Virus record (IMG/VR): IMGVR_UViG_3300031965_000053
Span: 1-46,353 of that record
Strand: one strand, 5' to 3'
Length of the DNA: 46,353 nucleotides
Source of the DNA: a virus
Taxonomy: Duplodnaviria > Caudoviricetes
Positions 28,742 to 36,024 of the stretch are shown piece after piece. The translations under genes and the position numbers were made by a program. Position 1 is the first letter of the stretch. Each line of letters opens with the position of its first letter. The notes beneath the pieces are model-generated. The model searched no databases. It was not told the DNA's origin and was given only the letters and a program-made list of their open reading frames with translations.

Positions 28742-29124
28742 TATCTGCTACCCTTGCTGCTGAGGAATTGGAGCTCGTACACCGAGCCGTTCGCCCGCAG
28801 CCCGAGCTTAATTGCGCGGTTGTGGCGCGGGCGATGCCGGAGCACGAGCACGGTCTCGGCCGTGAGTCGAGCGTCTTCGCCACCGGGCAGCAGGCAGTAG
28901 CGCCACTCGGCGACCTGCGGGGCCCAGGGCTTGTCGGCATGCTGTTTTACCCGGAGCAGCACGTGCCCGCTCTGCCCGACGTACAGGGCCCGGCAGTCCG
29001 CGTCGAGGGCGACGTACAGTCCGGGACCGTCGATTATGGGACGTGTGGCCGTGAAGTTCGAAAGAGAGAAGCTGAAAAGGTCTGTGGGCGGAAGTGAAGT
29101 TCCGCTTGAGGTTGTTGCGGGCAA
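28741..29124 (-). CDS. GIY-YIG nuclease (start uncertain)
   Basis: GLYVALD..LYVGQS..LRVKQH..AETVL..PRHN; stop overlaps the terS start. Confidence 0.85.
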   Translation of the reverse strand: MPATTSSGTSLPPTDLFSFSLSNFTATRPIIDGPGLYVALDADCRALYVGQSGHVLLRVKQHADKPWAPQVAEWRYCLLPGGEDARLTAETVLVLRHRPRHNRAIKLGLRANGSVYELQFLSSKGSR

Positions 29125-29329
29125 GGACGATACCTCCTACAATGAGCTCTTGTTGGATGTGGAAAGCGGGCTCGAAAAGCTGCGCGCTGCTCGAGGGGAG
29201 CGTGTGGTCCGAGCAGTGCGGAGGGTGCTGGAGGGCGAGTCCAAGGCCGCTGTTTGTGCCGCTTCGGGCATGTCGCACCACACACTATTGAGCGCGCTGG
29301 CCTATTTGCGGAGGTTTTTGGATGCTTGA
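29036..29329 (+). CDS. HTH protein resembling sigma-factor region 4
   Basis: DVESGLEKL..VRRVLEGESKAAVCAASGMSHHTLLSALAYLR; GGAGG in its 3' end serves the next gene. Start uncertain. Confidence 0.6.
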   Translation: MGRVAVKFEREKLKRSVGGSEVPLEVVAGKDDTSYNELLLDVESGLEKLRAARGERVVRAVRRVLEGESKAAVCAASGMSHHTLLSALAYLRRFLDA

Positions 29330-29678
29330 CCTTTGGAAACTCCTTACGCGCATGCAAGTGACGTACAACCGGACGTACGAGGGGCACCGGCCGCGTGTGC
29401 AATTGGTAGTCCGCTTCGGCTCCTACAACCAAGCGACGTGCGCAGCCCGGACCGTAGGCTGTGGGCGTGTGCGGGACGGCTCGTGGATCATCGAAGGGCA
29501 ATCGCTCATCGACGCATTCGAGGCGCTTGGGTGCAAAGACTCGGTACTTCTTGACGCTTGCCGAGGTCTCGAGTCGGAGCTCGCCGCACAAGCGCCGCTC
29601 GAGAAGGTTCGTGACTGGAGTACGCGAGTTTGGGTGGCGTACAACAAGGCGACTCGAGATCCCGATTCCGCGCCTTGA
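29322..29678 (+). CDS. Hypothetical protein, possibly a degenerate LAGLIDADG-like fold, 118 aa
   Basis: GGAGG RBS; RPRVQLVVRF..VGCGRV..SWIIEGQSLIDAFEAL. Confidence 0.55.
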   Translation: MLDLWKLLTRMQVTYNRTYEGHRPRVQLVVRFGSYNQATCAARTVGCGRVRDGSWIIEGQSLIDAFEALGCKDSVLLDACRGLESELAAQAPLEKVRDWSTRVWVAYNKATRDPDSAP

Positions 29679-29743
29679 GAGATTTGGGGCGTTCCCCTGC
29701 ACATCAATTATGCAGTCTGAGAGGGTGCCCCGCCCCACCCCCC

Positions 29744-29885
29744 TGCAAAACGCATGCCACCCCCCCGGCACGCCCCTTGCTACGCAACGGGCCAGCAAGC
29801 CCCATGCCAAAGCAGGCCCAGCAATTCCCATACCGAACGGTATGGCACGGCGATTGCAGGGAGCGGGACGGGCACGGAGGTTGCA
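29744..29885. promoter_or_regulatory. Cluster of six sigma54 (RpoN)-type -24/-12 boxes on both strands
   Basis: Plus: CGGCACGCCCCTTGCT 29766, TGGCACGGCGATTGCA 29843, GGGCACGGAGGTTGCA 29870. Minus: TGGCATGCGTTTTGCA 29744-59, TGGCATGGGGCTTGCT 29794-809, CGGTATGGGAATTGCT 29820-35. Confidence 0.8.
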
Positions 29886-30102
29886 GTAGGGGGGCGGGGC
29901 CGACGCGTAGCGTGGTGGGGGTCAAAAAGTCGTAAAAATTACGATTCCTGGCCGTGGTGGTAGGTAGGGGGTGATTCGCGCCCTTCTGACGATTTTCGTC
30001 GGTCTCGACACAAAGTGACACCACGTCGCGTCACTTTTCCCGATCGACGGGCCGCTAACCCGCATTCTACTGTTCGGCACGGGGGTTGATGCGTTTACCG
30101 GC

Positions 30103-30309
30103 ATGTGCGACACACAGAACACCGCTACGATACGCCGCGCAATCCGGGACGCGATCGACTTGCGCGATTCCGGCACGGTCGACTTGTCGGGCTTCCCGAT
30201 AGACGACGTCCTCGCGGTGCTCGCTGCGGAAAGCGACGACATGGTCCGCGCAAGCGGGGTTGACGAAGACGGCCAGTATGTTGTATACATACTGTATAAA
30301 GGAGCCTGA
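30103..30309 (+). CDS. Small acidic early protein, 68 aa
   Basis: First ORF after the non-coding region; no clear RBS. Confidence 0.5.
   Translation: MCDTQNTATIRRAIRDAIDLRDSGTVDLSGFPIDDVLAVLAAESDDMVRASGVDEDGQYVVYILYKGA
30274..30294. promoter_or_regulatory. Operator-like palindrome overlapping a possible sigma70 promoter
   Basis: CAGTATGT-N5-ACATACTG; TTGACG at 30260 with TATACA 18 bp downstream; AAGGAG RBS follows. Confidence 0.45.
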
Positions 30310-30310
30310 C

Positions 30311-30631
30311 ATGACCCGCAAAGACTTCCTCGCGTTGACGATTACTCGCCTCAAGGCGCAGACGGACTCCGGACTCTACCCGTCGTGTTACCTTCGCGCA
30401 CCAAACGGCTACTGTTGTGCCGTCGGAGTCCATACTCCGGAGTACAATGGCAACGGCAATTTCGATTTCTGGGCTCGTGCCATCTCGAATGAGCATGGCG
30501 TTTCGGCCTACTTCGTGAAATCAATAGCCGCGGCGCACGACGATTATGTCTGCGCTAACCCCCGGGTGCGGCCCGAGGAGTACAACTGGGACACGGCATT
30601 CGAAACGATCGATTGTGGCGCCGCATGGTAA
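30311..30631 (+). CDS. Early hypothetical protein (paralog A), 106 aa
   Basis: AAGGAG RBS; FLALTITRL..RAPNGYCCAVGVH..AAAHD. Confidence 0.8.
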   Translation: MTRKDFLALTITRLKAQTDSGLYPSCYLRAPNGYCCAVGVHTPEYNGNGNFDFWARAISNEHGVSAYFVKSIAAAHDDYVCANPRVRPEEYNWDTAFETIDCGAAW

Positions 30632-30642
30632 GGAACACGAGC

Positions 30643-30927
30643 ATGACACCGAACGAATTCCTCGATTTGACGATTACCCGCCTCGACGCGCAAGGGTCGC
30701 TGGAGCGAAGCTCAGAAATGCGCGCCCAGAACGGGTACCGCTGCGCGCTCGGAGTACATTTCGAGGATGGCACGACATTCGAGAAAGCCTTTGACATACT
30801 GTCAGAAAGGCACAGCCTTCCGCGCTGGTTCCTGGCGGACGTCGCGTCCGCGCACGATTGCGCGATAAACTGCGGGTCGCATCGTTCTTGGGTCTCAGTG
30901 TTCAAACACCTTAGGAGCAAGAAATGA
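30643..30927 (+). CDS. Early hypothetical protein (paralog B), 94 aa
   Basis: AAGGA RBS; FLDLTITRL..RAQNGYRCALGVH..ASAHD. Confidence 0.8.
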   Translation: MTPNEFLDLTITRLDAQGSLERSSEMRAQNGYRCALGVHFEDGTTFEKAFDILSERHSLPRWFLADVASAHDCAINCGSHRSWVSVFKHLRSKK

Positions 30928-31280
30928 GCAAATCTTGGCCTTGGATCGACCCTCCGCGCAACGATCGCGACCGTGCCTTTGGCGAATGGCGAGTCTCGCT
31001 TGCTGGCCGAGAAGTGTCCCATGGCACGCTCCGGGACCAAGATTTGGCCGACGCGTTCGCAAGCGTGCTGCGGGAAAAGCCGGAAGGGCACGATACGTGC
31101 AACTGGCGCTTGTTGCGGAGCCTTGAGGAACGGGATTTCGAAAAGGAAGACAACGGCACGATTCTTGAGGAAGCATTCGACGAACTCGAGTCTCTGGCAC
31201 CGCCCGGCTACTACTTCGGCGCCCACGAAGGCGACGGCTCGTGCTTCGGATTCTGGCCGATTGAAGGAGAGCAAGAATGA
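30924..31280 (+). CDS. Conserved phage hypothetical protein, 118 aa
   Basis: AGGAG RBS; SHGTLRDQDL and C-terminal APPGYYFGAHEGDGSCFGFW, a motif I recognise from phage hypothetical proteins. Confidence 0.8.
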   Translation: MSKSWPWIDPPRNDRDRAFGEWRVSLAGREVSHGTLRDQDLADAFASVLREKPEGHDTCNWRLLRSLEERDFEKEDNGTILEEAFDELESLAPPGYYFGAHEGDGSCFGFWPIEGEQE

Positions 31281-32065
31281 ACCGCCAAAAAATCGCCGAA
31301 TGGGCACGGGCCCGCGGCTTGCACACTCGCCCCGAATTCCGGACCGTCTTCGACCTAATAGCCAGCGGCGCAAAACCTAAGCTGCTCACAAGCTCGGTGA
31401 AAACCCGGAAGGGCGAGAAATACGGAATTTTGACCGGCATTCAGTACCTGGCACCCGCGAGCGAAAGCGGAATCCAGGTTTGCCCTTGGCATTCGGCCGG
31501 GTGCGCAAGCGCCTGCCTTGGGCATTCGTCCGGCCGGATGCGCATTCCCGCCCACAAGGTTTCGCGCATACTGCGAACTTGGTGGGCCTTCGGCGATCGG
31601 CCCAGTTATCGTCAGGTCCTTCTCGCCGAACTACAGGCGATTGTGCGCCGCGGGAAGAAGCACGACATGGCGGTATTCGTCCGCCTGAATGGCACGTCCG
31701 ACTTGCCGATCGATTTTTTCCTGCCCGAAAAGGAACGGGCACAGTTCAAGCACACAATCCGCTTCTACGATTACACAAAGTACGCTATACGTGCCGAATA
31801 TCCCCCCGCGGACGTCCACTATACGTTCTCGCGATCCGAAACGACATGCGACGACACGTGCCGGCGCCTGCTCTCGGCCGGCCGCAACGTCGCCGTCGTT
31901 TTCGCCGGGCCGCTTCCCGAAACATACCTCGGGTTCCGGGTCGAAGACGGTGACGACAGCGACGCGCGGCCGTCCGACGCGCGCGGTGTCGTGATCGGAT
32001 TGTCGCCCAAGGGCCCATTGGCGAAGCGCGACATGAGCGGTTTCGTCGTTCGAACAGGAGCATAG
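31277..32065 (+). CDS. GP88-like protein (radical-SAM-like Cys motif), 262 aa
   Basis: CPWHSAGCASAC, VRLNGTSD, FYDYTK, TFSRSE, NVAVVF and DGDDSDAR..GVVIGL motifs. Confidence 0.85.
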   Translation: MNRQKIAEWARARGLHTRPEFRTVFDLIASGAKPKLLTSSVKTRKGEKYGILTGIQYLAPASESGIQVCPWHSAGCASACLGHSSGRMRIPAHKVSRILRTWWAFGDRPSYRQVLLAELQAIVRRGKKHDMAVFVRLNGTSDLPIDFFLPEKERAQFKHTIRFYDYTKYAIRAEYPPADVHYTFSRSETTCDDTCRRLLSAGRNVAVVFAGPLPETYLGFRVEDGDDSDARPSDARGVVIGLSPKGPLAKRDMSGFVVRTGA

Positions 32066-32066
32066 C

Positions 32067-32240
32067 ATGGTATCCTATTCTGTAGCCTACGGAACCCTTC
32101 GCGCCCGTATGCTCCGCGACGAACTCCGTCGCCAGCTGCCCCGCGAACGCGTTCGGAAAACACGCCCTGTGCCCGGACAATTGACGATTTTCGACCGGGC
32201 CCTTGCCCTACGTGCCGTAAGAAACGGCACGGCACGATAG
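32067..32240 (+). CDS. 57-aa basic microprotein with QLTIF clamp-binding-like motif (not in ORF track)
   Basis: AGGAG RBS, ATG 32067, TAG 32238-40; MVSYSVAYGTLRARMLRDELRRQLPRERVRKTRPVPGQLTIFDRALALRAVRNGTAR. Confidence 0.7.
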   Translation: MVSYSVAYGTLRARMLRDELRRQLPRERVRKTRPVPGQLTIFDRALALRAVRNGTAR

Positions 32241-32245
32241 TAGCT
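32230..32245 (+). promoter_or_regulatory. Possible sigma54-type promoter upstream of the DUF932 gene
   Basis: CGGCACGATAGTAGCT keeps GG-N10-GC spacing and ends about 41 bp before the ATG at 32287. Confidence 0.45.
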
Positions 32246-32286
32246 TCTGTCGTTCGTTCCCCCAACCCACTTTCCGGAGAAACGTA

Positions 32287-33048
32287 ATGTTTACGATACT
32301 GCCGAAGCACGGAAAATTCCGCTTGATAGAATCGAACCAGCTGCGCGGCATACCCGTTCCTACCCGCGAAGCGGTTGGTGCGGGACGGCGCTGGGAGCCT
32401 ATCCAGCACGGCGCCTTGGTCAACGCACTACGGTGCCGGCTTGACCGGCATTTCGGCGAACCGGGCCGCGAACAGTTTTGCATTTCGAACGACGGTGCGG
32501 AATGCATAGGCGCCTTCCAATTCTCGGGACCGAATCTCGACGTCCGCGTCCCGGGCGGAACCGCGTTCGCGGTAGGATTTTCGCACGCGAACGACCGGTC
32601 TCGGGCGCTTCGCTTGGCGCTTGGATACCGCGTTCTCGTCTGCTCTAACGGCGTTACCGCCGCGTATGGGAACGCGGCGACGAACGCTCGCCACCTGCAC
32701 GTTCGGGGCGCCGGAAACCTCGAGGATCAGGTCAACGATTTGGTCGACCGATACCTCGCGCAGCTGGACAAGGTTGCCGACAGCGTAGAAGACTTGGCGC
32801 ACCGCGAGTTGTCCAACACCGAGAGCGAACGCCTGTTCGTGCAGCTGGGGCGCCGCAACGTGCTGTCCTGGAAGCACGTCGGAAATGCTGTCGAGGACTG
32901 GTACACCCCGCGGCACGCGGAATTCTCGCCACGGACCGCGTGGTCCTGGTACAATTGCGTAAATGAGCAGACGAAGAGTCTGCCAGTGGCGCGACAGCCG
33001 ATCGTACAGCACGCCGCGTTCCGGCTCGTGTCGGCCGACTTGAATTAA
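32287..33048 (+). CDS. DUF932-family protein, 253 aa
   Basis: GGAG RBS; WEPIQH, SHANDRS..LGYRVLVCSNG and TAWSWYNCVNE motifs. Confidence 0.85.
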   Translation: MFTILPKHGKFRLIESNQLRGIPVPTREAVGAGRRWEPIQHGALVNALRCRLDRHFGEPGREQFCISNDGAECIGAFQFSGPNLDVRVPGGTAFAVGFSHANDRSRALRLALGYRVLVCSNGVTAAYGNAATNARHLHVRGAGNLEDQVNDLVDRYLAQLDKVADSVEDLAHRELSNTESERLFVQLGRRNVLSWKHVGNAVEDWYTPRHAEFSPRTAWSWYNCVNEQTKSLPVARQPIVQHAAFRLVSADLN

Positions 33049-33101
33049 CCCGAAAACCAAGGGCGCCCGGGCCCGTGTCGGGCGCCCGAAAGGAGCACAC
33101 A

Positions 33102-33311
33102 ATGGACACGAAAGAAGAACTCGAGGCTTTCCGAAGGACCCTGGAAAACCGGTCCTTGTACTCGTTACTTCATACGTGGCGCTTTTCCCCACCCGGAGAA
33201 AACGAAGAGCTTAGGGGCGACAAAGGCGAAATTTTCGGCAAGGTTTTGTTTGCCAAGCGAGACGCCAACCAGGACGAATGGGTCGCAGCGAGCAAGCGCT
33301 TGGGGTGGTAG
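33102..33311 (+). CDS. Hypothetical protein, 69 aa
   Basis: AAGGAG RBS; LLHTWRFSPPG..AASKRLGW. Confidence 0.8.
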   Translation: MDTKEELEAFRRTLENRSLYSLLHTWRFSPPGENEELRGDKGEIFGKVLFAKRDANQDEWVAASKRLGW

Positions 33312-33319
33312 GAAAGTCA

Positions 33320-34312
33320 ATGCAACCACGCATTTCCAAAACGGCAATCCGTCAAGCGGCACGCGAAGCCTTGGGTAAGACGGACTGGCCTATCGCGTGC
33401 TACATTATGGACCGAGCCCGCGAACTATCCGGGCTTCCGGCGATCGACGATAACCCGCAACCGGACGAATTGCATGGCGGCCCGCATGGGCAGCTGGCCG
33501 AACTACTGAGCTCGTGTTCGCCGGGTGTCGCGGAATTGTTGTCCGTCGCGGATATCGGCGACGACGGCACCCTGATAATCGGCGAGAATCGAATTGACAG
33601 AATCAACCTTTCCGGAGCGCGTTTGAACGACGTGTCGTTTCGCGACGCGCGGCTATATGGCGCGAAGTTTGCGCGTGCAAACTTGCGACGGGCGGTTTTC
33701 TGTCACGCGAGACTGGCGGACTCGGTGTTTGACGGCGCGGCATTGAATAACGCAAGGTTCGACGGCGCCCTCCTGCGTCGTGCTTCGCTCGCGCATACTA
33801 CGCTCATTTGGTCGACTTTTCTCGACGCGGACCTAACCGGAGCCTCGTTTTTAGAGGCGTCGCTTTACAACGCGGCGCTTGACCGGGCTGTGATAGACGG
33901 GGCTACGCTCGACGGCGCCACGTTCAACCTGGCGTCGCTCGCCGGGGCGTCGCTGCGGCGTGCGTCGCTCGTCAATGCGTCGTTCAGAAAAGCAAATCTC
34001 GAAGACGCAGCGCTTAGCCTGGCGTACCTCCACAAAACGCAATTCCTTGGGGCACGGCTCACGCGCACGGTGTTCGTCAGCGCCGGCGCCACCAAGGCGA
34101 GGTTCGACGGGGCGTCGCTCGACGGCGCCGACTTCTCTGGCGCATGGCTCGACGGGGCGACGTTCGACGGGGCGTCGCTCGACGGCGCGAAGTTCGAAGG
34201 GGCATCGCTCAAGGGAGCCCGGTTCCCCGCGAACTACGACAGCTTGCTATCCTGCGAACAACTTGAGTCGTGCACCTTGGTAGACCTTCATAGGACGAAA
34301 AAACAACAATGA
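33320..34312 (+). CDS. Pentapeptide-repeat protein 1 (~42 repeats), 330 aa
   Basis: Pentapeptide repeats (GARLN, RANLR, GASLD...); N-domain and C-cap shared with the next two genes. Confidence 0.9.
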   Translation: MQPRISKTAIRQAAREALGKTDWPIACYIMDRARELSGLPAIDDNPQPDELHGGPHGQLAELLSSCSPGVAELLSVADIGDDGTLIIGENRIDRINLSGARLNDVSFRDARLYGAKFARANLRRAVFCHARLADSVFDGAALNNARFDGALLRRASLAHTTLIWSTFLDADLTGASFLEASLYNAALDRAVIDGATLDGATFNLASLAGASLRRASLVNASFRKANLEDAALSLAYLHKTQFLGARLTRTVFVSAGATKARFDGASLDGADFSGAWLDGATFDGASLDGAKFEGASLKGARFPANYDSLLSCEQLESCTLVDLHRTKKQQ

Positions 34313-34857
34313 CGACCCCGCTCATTTCCGCCGACATCATCATCGGTGCGGCTCGCGCCGCGATCGCCGATCCGACGTACGACCAGCGAGTTTGGGCGCC
34401 GCCTGCCGAGTGCGCGACCGCGTGCTGCGTGCTCGGGCGCGCGCGCGCACTCGCCGGCGTGGAGCAGATCAACGGCGCGCCGCAGCCCGGCGAGATCCCC
34501 GGCGGGCCGGACGGCCCACTCGGACGGCTGCTGCGATGTCAGTCGCCCGGCGTCGCGCGCCTCCTCGGCCAGTGCGATGCCGACGCGATGTCCGACGGCG
34601 GGCGGATCGTCGCCGACGGCGCGTCGCTCCGCGGCGCGACGCTCCGCGGCGCGAAGCTCGACGGAGCGTCGCTCGTCGACGCGTCGCTCCGCAGAGCGTC
34701 GCTCGTCGGCGCGACGCTCCGCGGCGCGTTGCTCGACTTCGCGGACCTCGACGGCGCGGACCTCCGCGGCGCGGACATCCGTGGCGCGCGCTACCCCCGC
34801 GCGTACGCGGACCTGCTCGACGACGCGCAGCGCGCCGCGTGCATGCTCGTCGACTGA
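34309..34857 (+). CDS. Pentapeptide-repeat protein 2 (12 repeats), 182 aa
   Basis: GASLR GATLR GAKLD...; 15-bp periodic DNA; ATGA overlap. Confidence 0.9.
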   Translation: MTTPLISADIIIGAARAAIADPTYDQRVWAPPAECATACCVLGRARALAGVEQINGAPQPGEIPGGPDGPLGRLLRCQSPGVARLLGQCDADAMSDGGRIVADGASLRGATLRGAKLDGASLVDASLRRASLVGATLRGALLDFADLDGADLRGADIRGARYPRAYADLLDDAQRAACMLVD

Positions 34858-34907
34858 CCCTCCCCCCGCGCCGGCGCAACCCACCAACACGATCAGGAGA
34901 GACGACG

Positions 34908-35603
34908 ATGTCCACGACCATCTCCGCCGACATCATCATCGGTGCGGCGCGCGCCTCGGTCGGTTACTTCGCATACTGCACAGCCTACTTTCGGCATTTG
35001 TGGGCCCAGCGGCCGGCCGAAAGCGTACTGAGCCGCGCCCGCGCGCTCGTCGGTATAGAGCCGACCCGCGACGGACCGCTGCCCGGCGAGGTTCCGGGCG
35101 GGCCGGATGGGCCGCTGGGGCTGCTACTCCGCGGCGCGGTTCCGGGAATAGCACAACTGCTCGCGCAATGCGACGCGGACGCGCTGTCCAACGGCGGCCG
35201 AATCGTCGCCGACGGCGCGGTTATGGACGGCGCGGTGCTGGATCGTGCGTCGCTGTGCGGGGCGTCGCTCAGTTGCGCATCGCTCCACGGGGCGTCGCTC
35301 CGCGGGACGTTGCTCAACGGCGCACAGCTGCACGGCACGGCGTTCAACGGTGCGCGGCTCAACGGCGCACGGCTCGACGTCGCAACCCTGGACGACGCCT
35401 CTTTCTGCGGGGCGACTCTCGACTTGGCAACCTTTAACGGCGCCTACCTCGACAACACTACGTTTGACGGGGCCTCACTCGTCGGCGCCGAGTTCGACGT
35501 GGTGTCACTCTGCGATGTATCGCTTCGAGGGGCCCGGTTCCCACGGACATACGCGCACCTGCTCGACGGCTACCAACGTGCTATGTGCACACTGGTAGAC
35601 TGA
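34908..35603 (+). CDS. Pentapeptide-repeat protein 3 (22 repeats), 231 aa
   Basis: AGGAG RBS, ATG 34908 (MSTTISADIIIGAARA). Confidence 0.9.
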   Translation: MSTTISADIIIGAARASVGYFAYCTAYFRHLWAQRPAESVLSRARALVGIEPTRDGPLPGEVPGGPDGPLGLLLRGAVPGIAQLLAQCDADALSNGGRIVADGAVMDGAVLDRASLCGASLSCASLHGASLRGTLLNGAQLHGTAFNGARLNGARLDVATLDDASFCGATLDLATFNGAYLDNTTFDGASLVGAEFDVVSLCDVSLRGARFPRTYAHLLDGYQRAMCTLVD

Positions 35604-35604
35604 A

Positions 35605-35793
35605 ATGGACCACTTCGGACCACCGTTCGAGCCCTGGGAAATCGACGCGGCGGCGCATAGGGCCGACTGCGAAGAGCGTGCCAGGGAACTTAAGGCCGAC
35701 GAGCTCGCCCGAACGAGCGAAGGATTGACATGCTCGAACCCAACAGCCCCGTATGGGCCTGGTTCGCCTCAGAATGGCGACCCGCGAAAGTAG
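35605..35793 (+). CDS. Small hypothetical protein, 62 aa
   Basis: ATG 1 nt after the upstream stop; overlaps the next ORF. Confidence 0.45.
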   Translation: MDHFGPPFEPWEIDAAAHRADCEERARELKADELARTSEGLTCSNPTAPYGPGSPQNGDPRK

Positions 35794-35912
35794 TGCGTTA
35801 CCTTTCCCGCGGCAAGCGCAAGGGGTGGGCGCTTGTCGAGCTCGGGTGGCAGTGCAAGAAACGTGCCGTGCCCCCGCAGGCCCTGAGACTCAGAAAGTCC
35901 AACCCCCAGTGA
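35730..35912 (+). CDS. Small SH3/Tudor-like beta protein, 60 aa
   Basis: AAGGA RBS; VWAWF..EWRPAKVV..WALVEL..AVPPQALRLR. Confidence 0.55.
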   Translation: MLEPNSPVWAWFASEWRPAKVVRYLSRGKRKGWALVELGWQCKKRAVPPQALRLRKSNPQ

Positions 35913-35928
35913 CAAAGACCTTGTCATG

Positions 35929-35982
35929 GAATCCAAAAGGTTATACAAAAGATAATGGTTATCTATTGTATAAGAGTAGGGA
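35929..35982 (+). promoter_or_regulatory. AT-rich 54-bp dyad element, copy B (upstream of the DNA-metabolism operon)
   Basis: GAATCCAAAAGGTTATACAAAAGATAATGGTTATCTATTGTATAAGAGTAGGGA; arms TTATACAA/TTGTATAA and AGATAA/TTATCT. Confidence 0.7.
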
Positions 35983-36024
35983 TTCAGGTGACCAAATTTT
36001 GGCCGCTTTTTGAAAGGAATCGAC

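Noticed and set aside
33061-33087. 9-bp GC hairpin after DUF932 as a terminator
   Set aside because: No U-tract, and it abuts the next RBS; at most a stability or processing hairpin.
33320-35603. Diversity-generating retroelement or CRISPR array in the repeats
   Set aside because: The repeats are in-frame 15-bp coding units; no reverse transcriptase, no adenine-specific TR/VR pair and no repeat-spacer structure.
35970-35982. T7-type RNAP promoter (ends TAGGGA)
   Set aside because: Only the last bases resemble it; the upstream T7 consensus is absent and no single-subunit RNAP gene is in the window.
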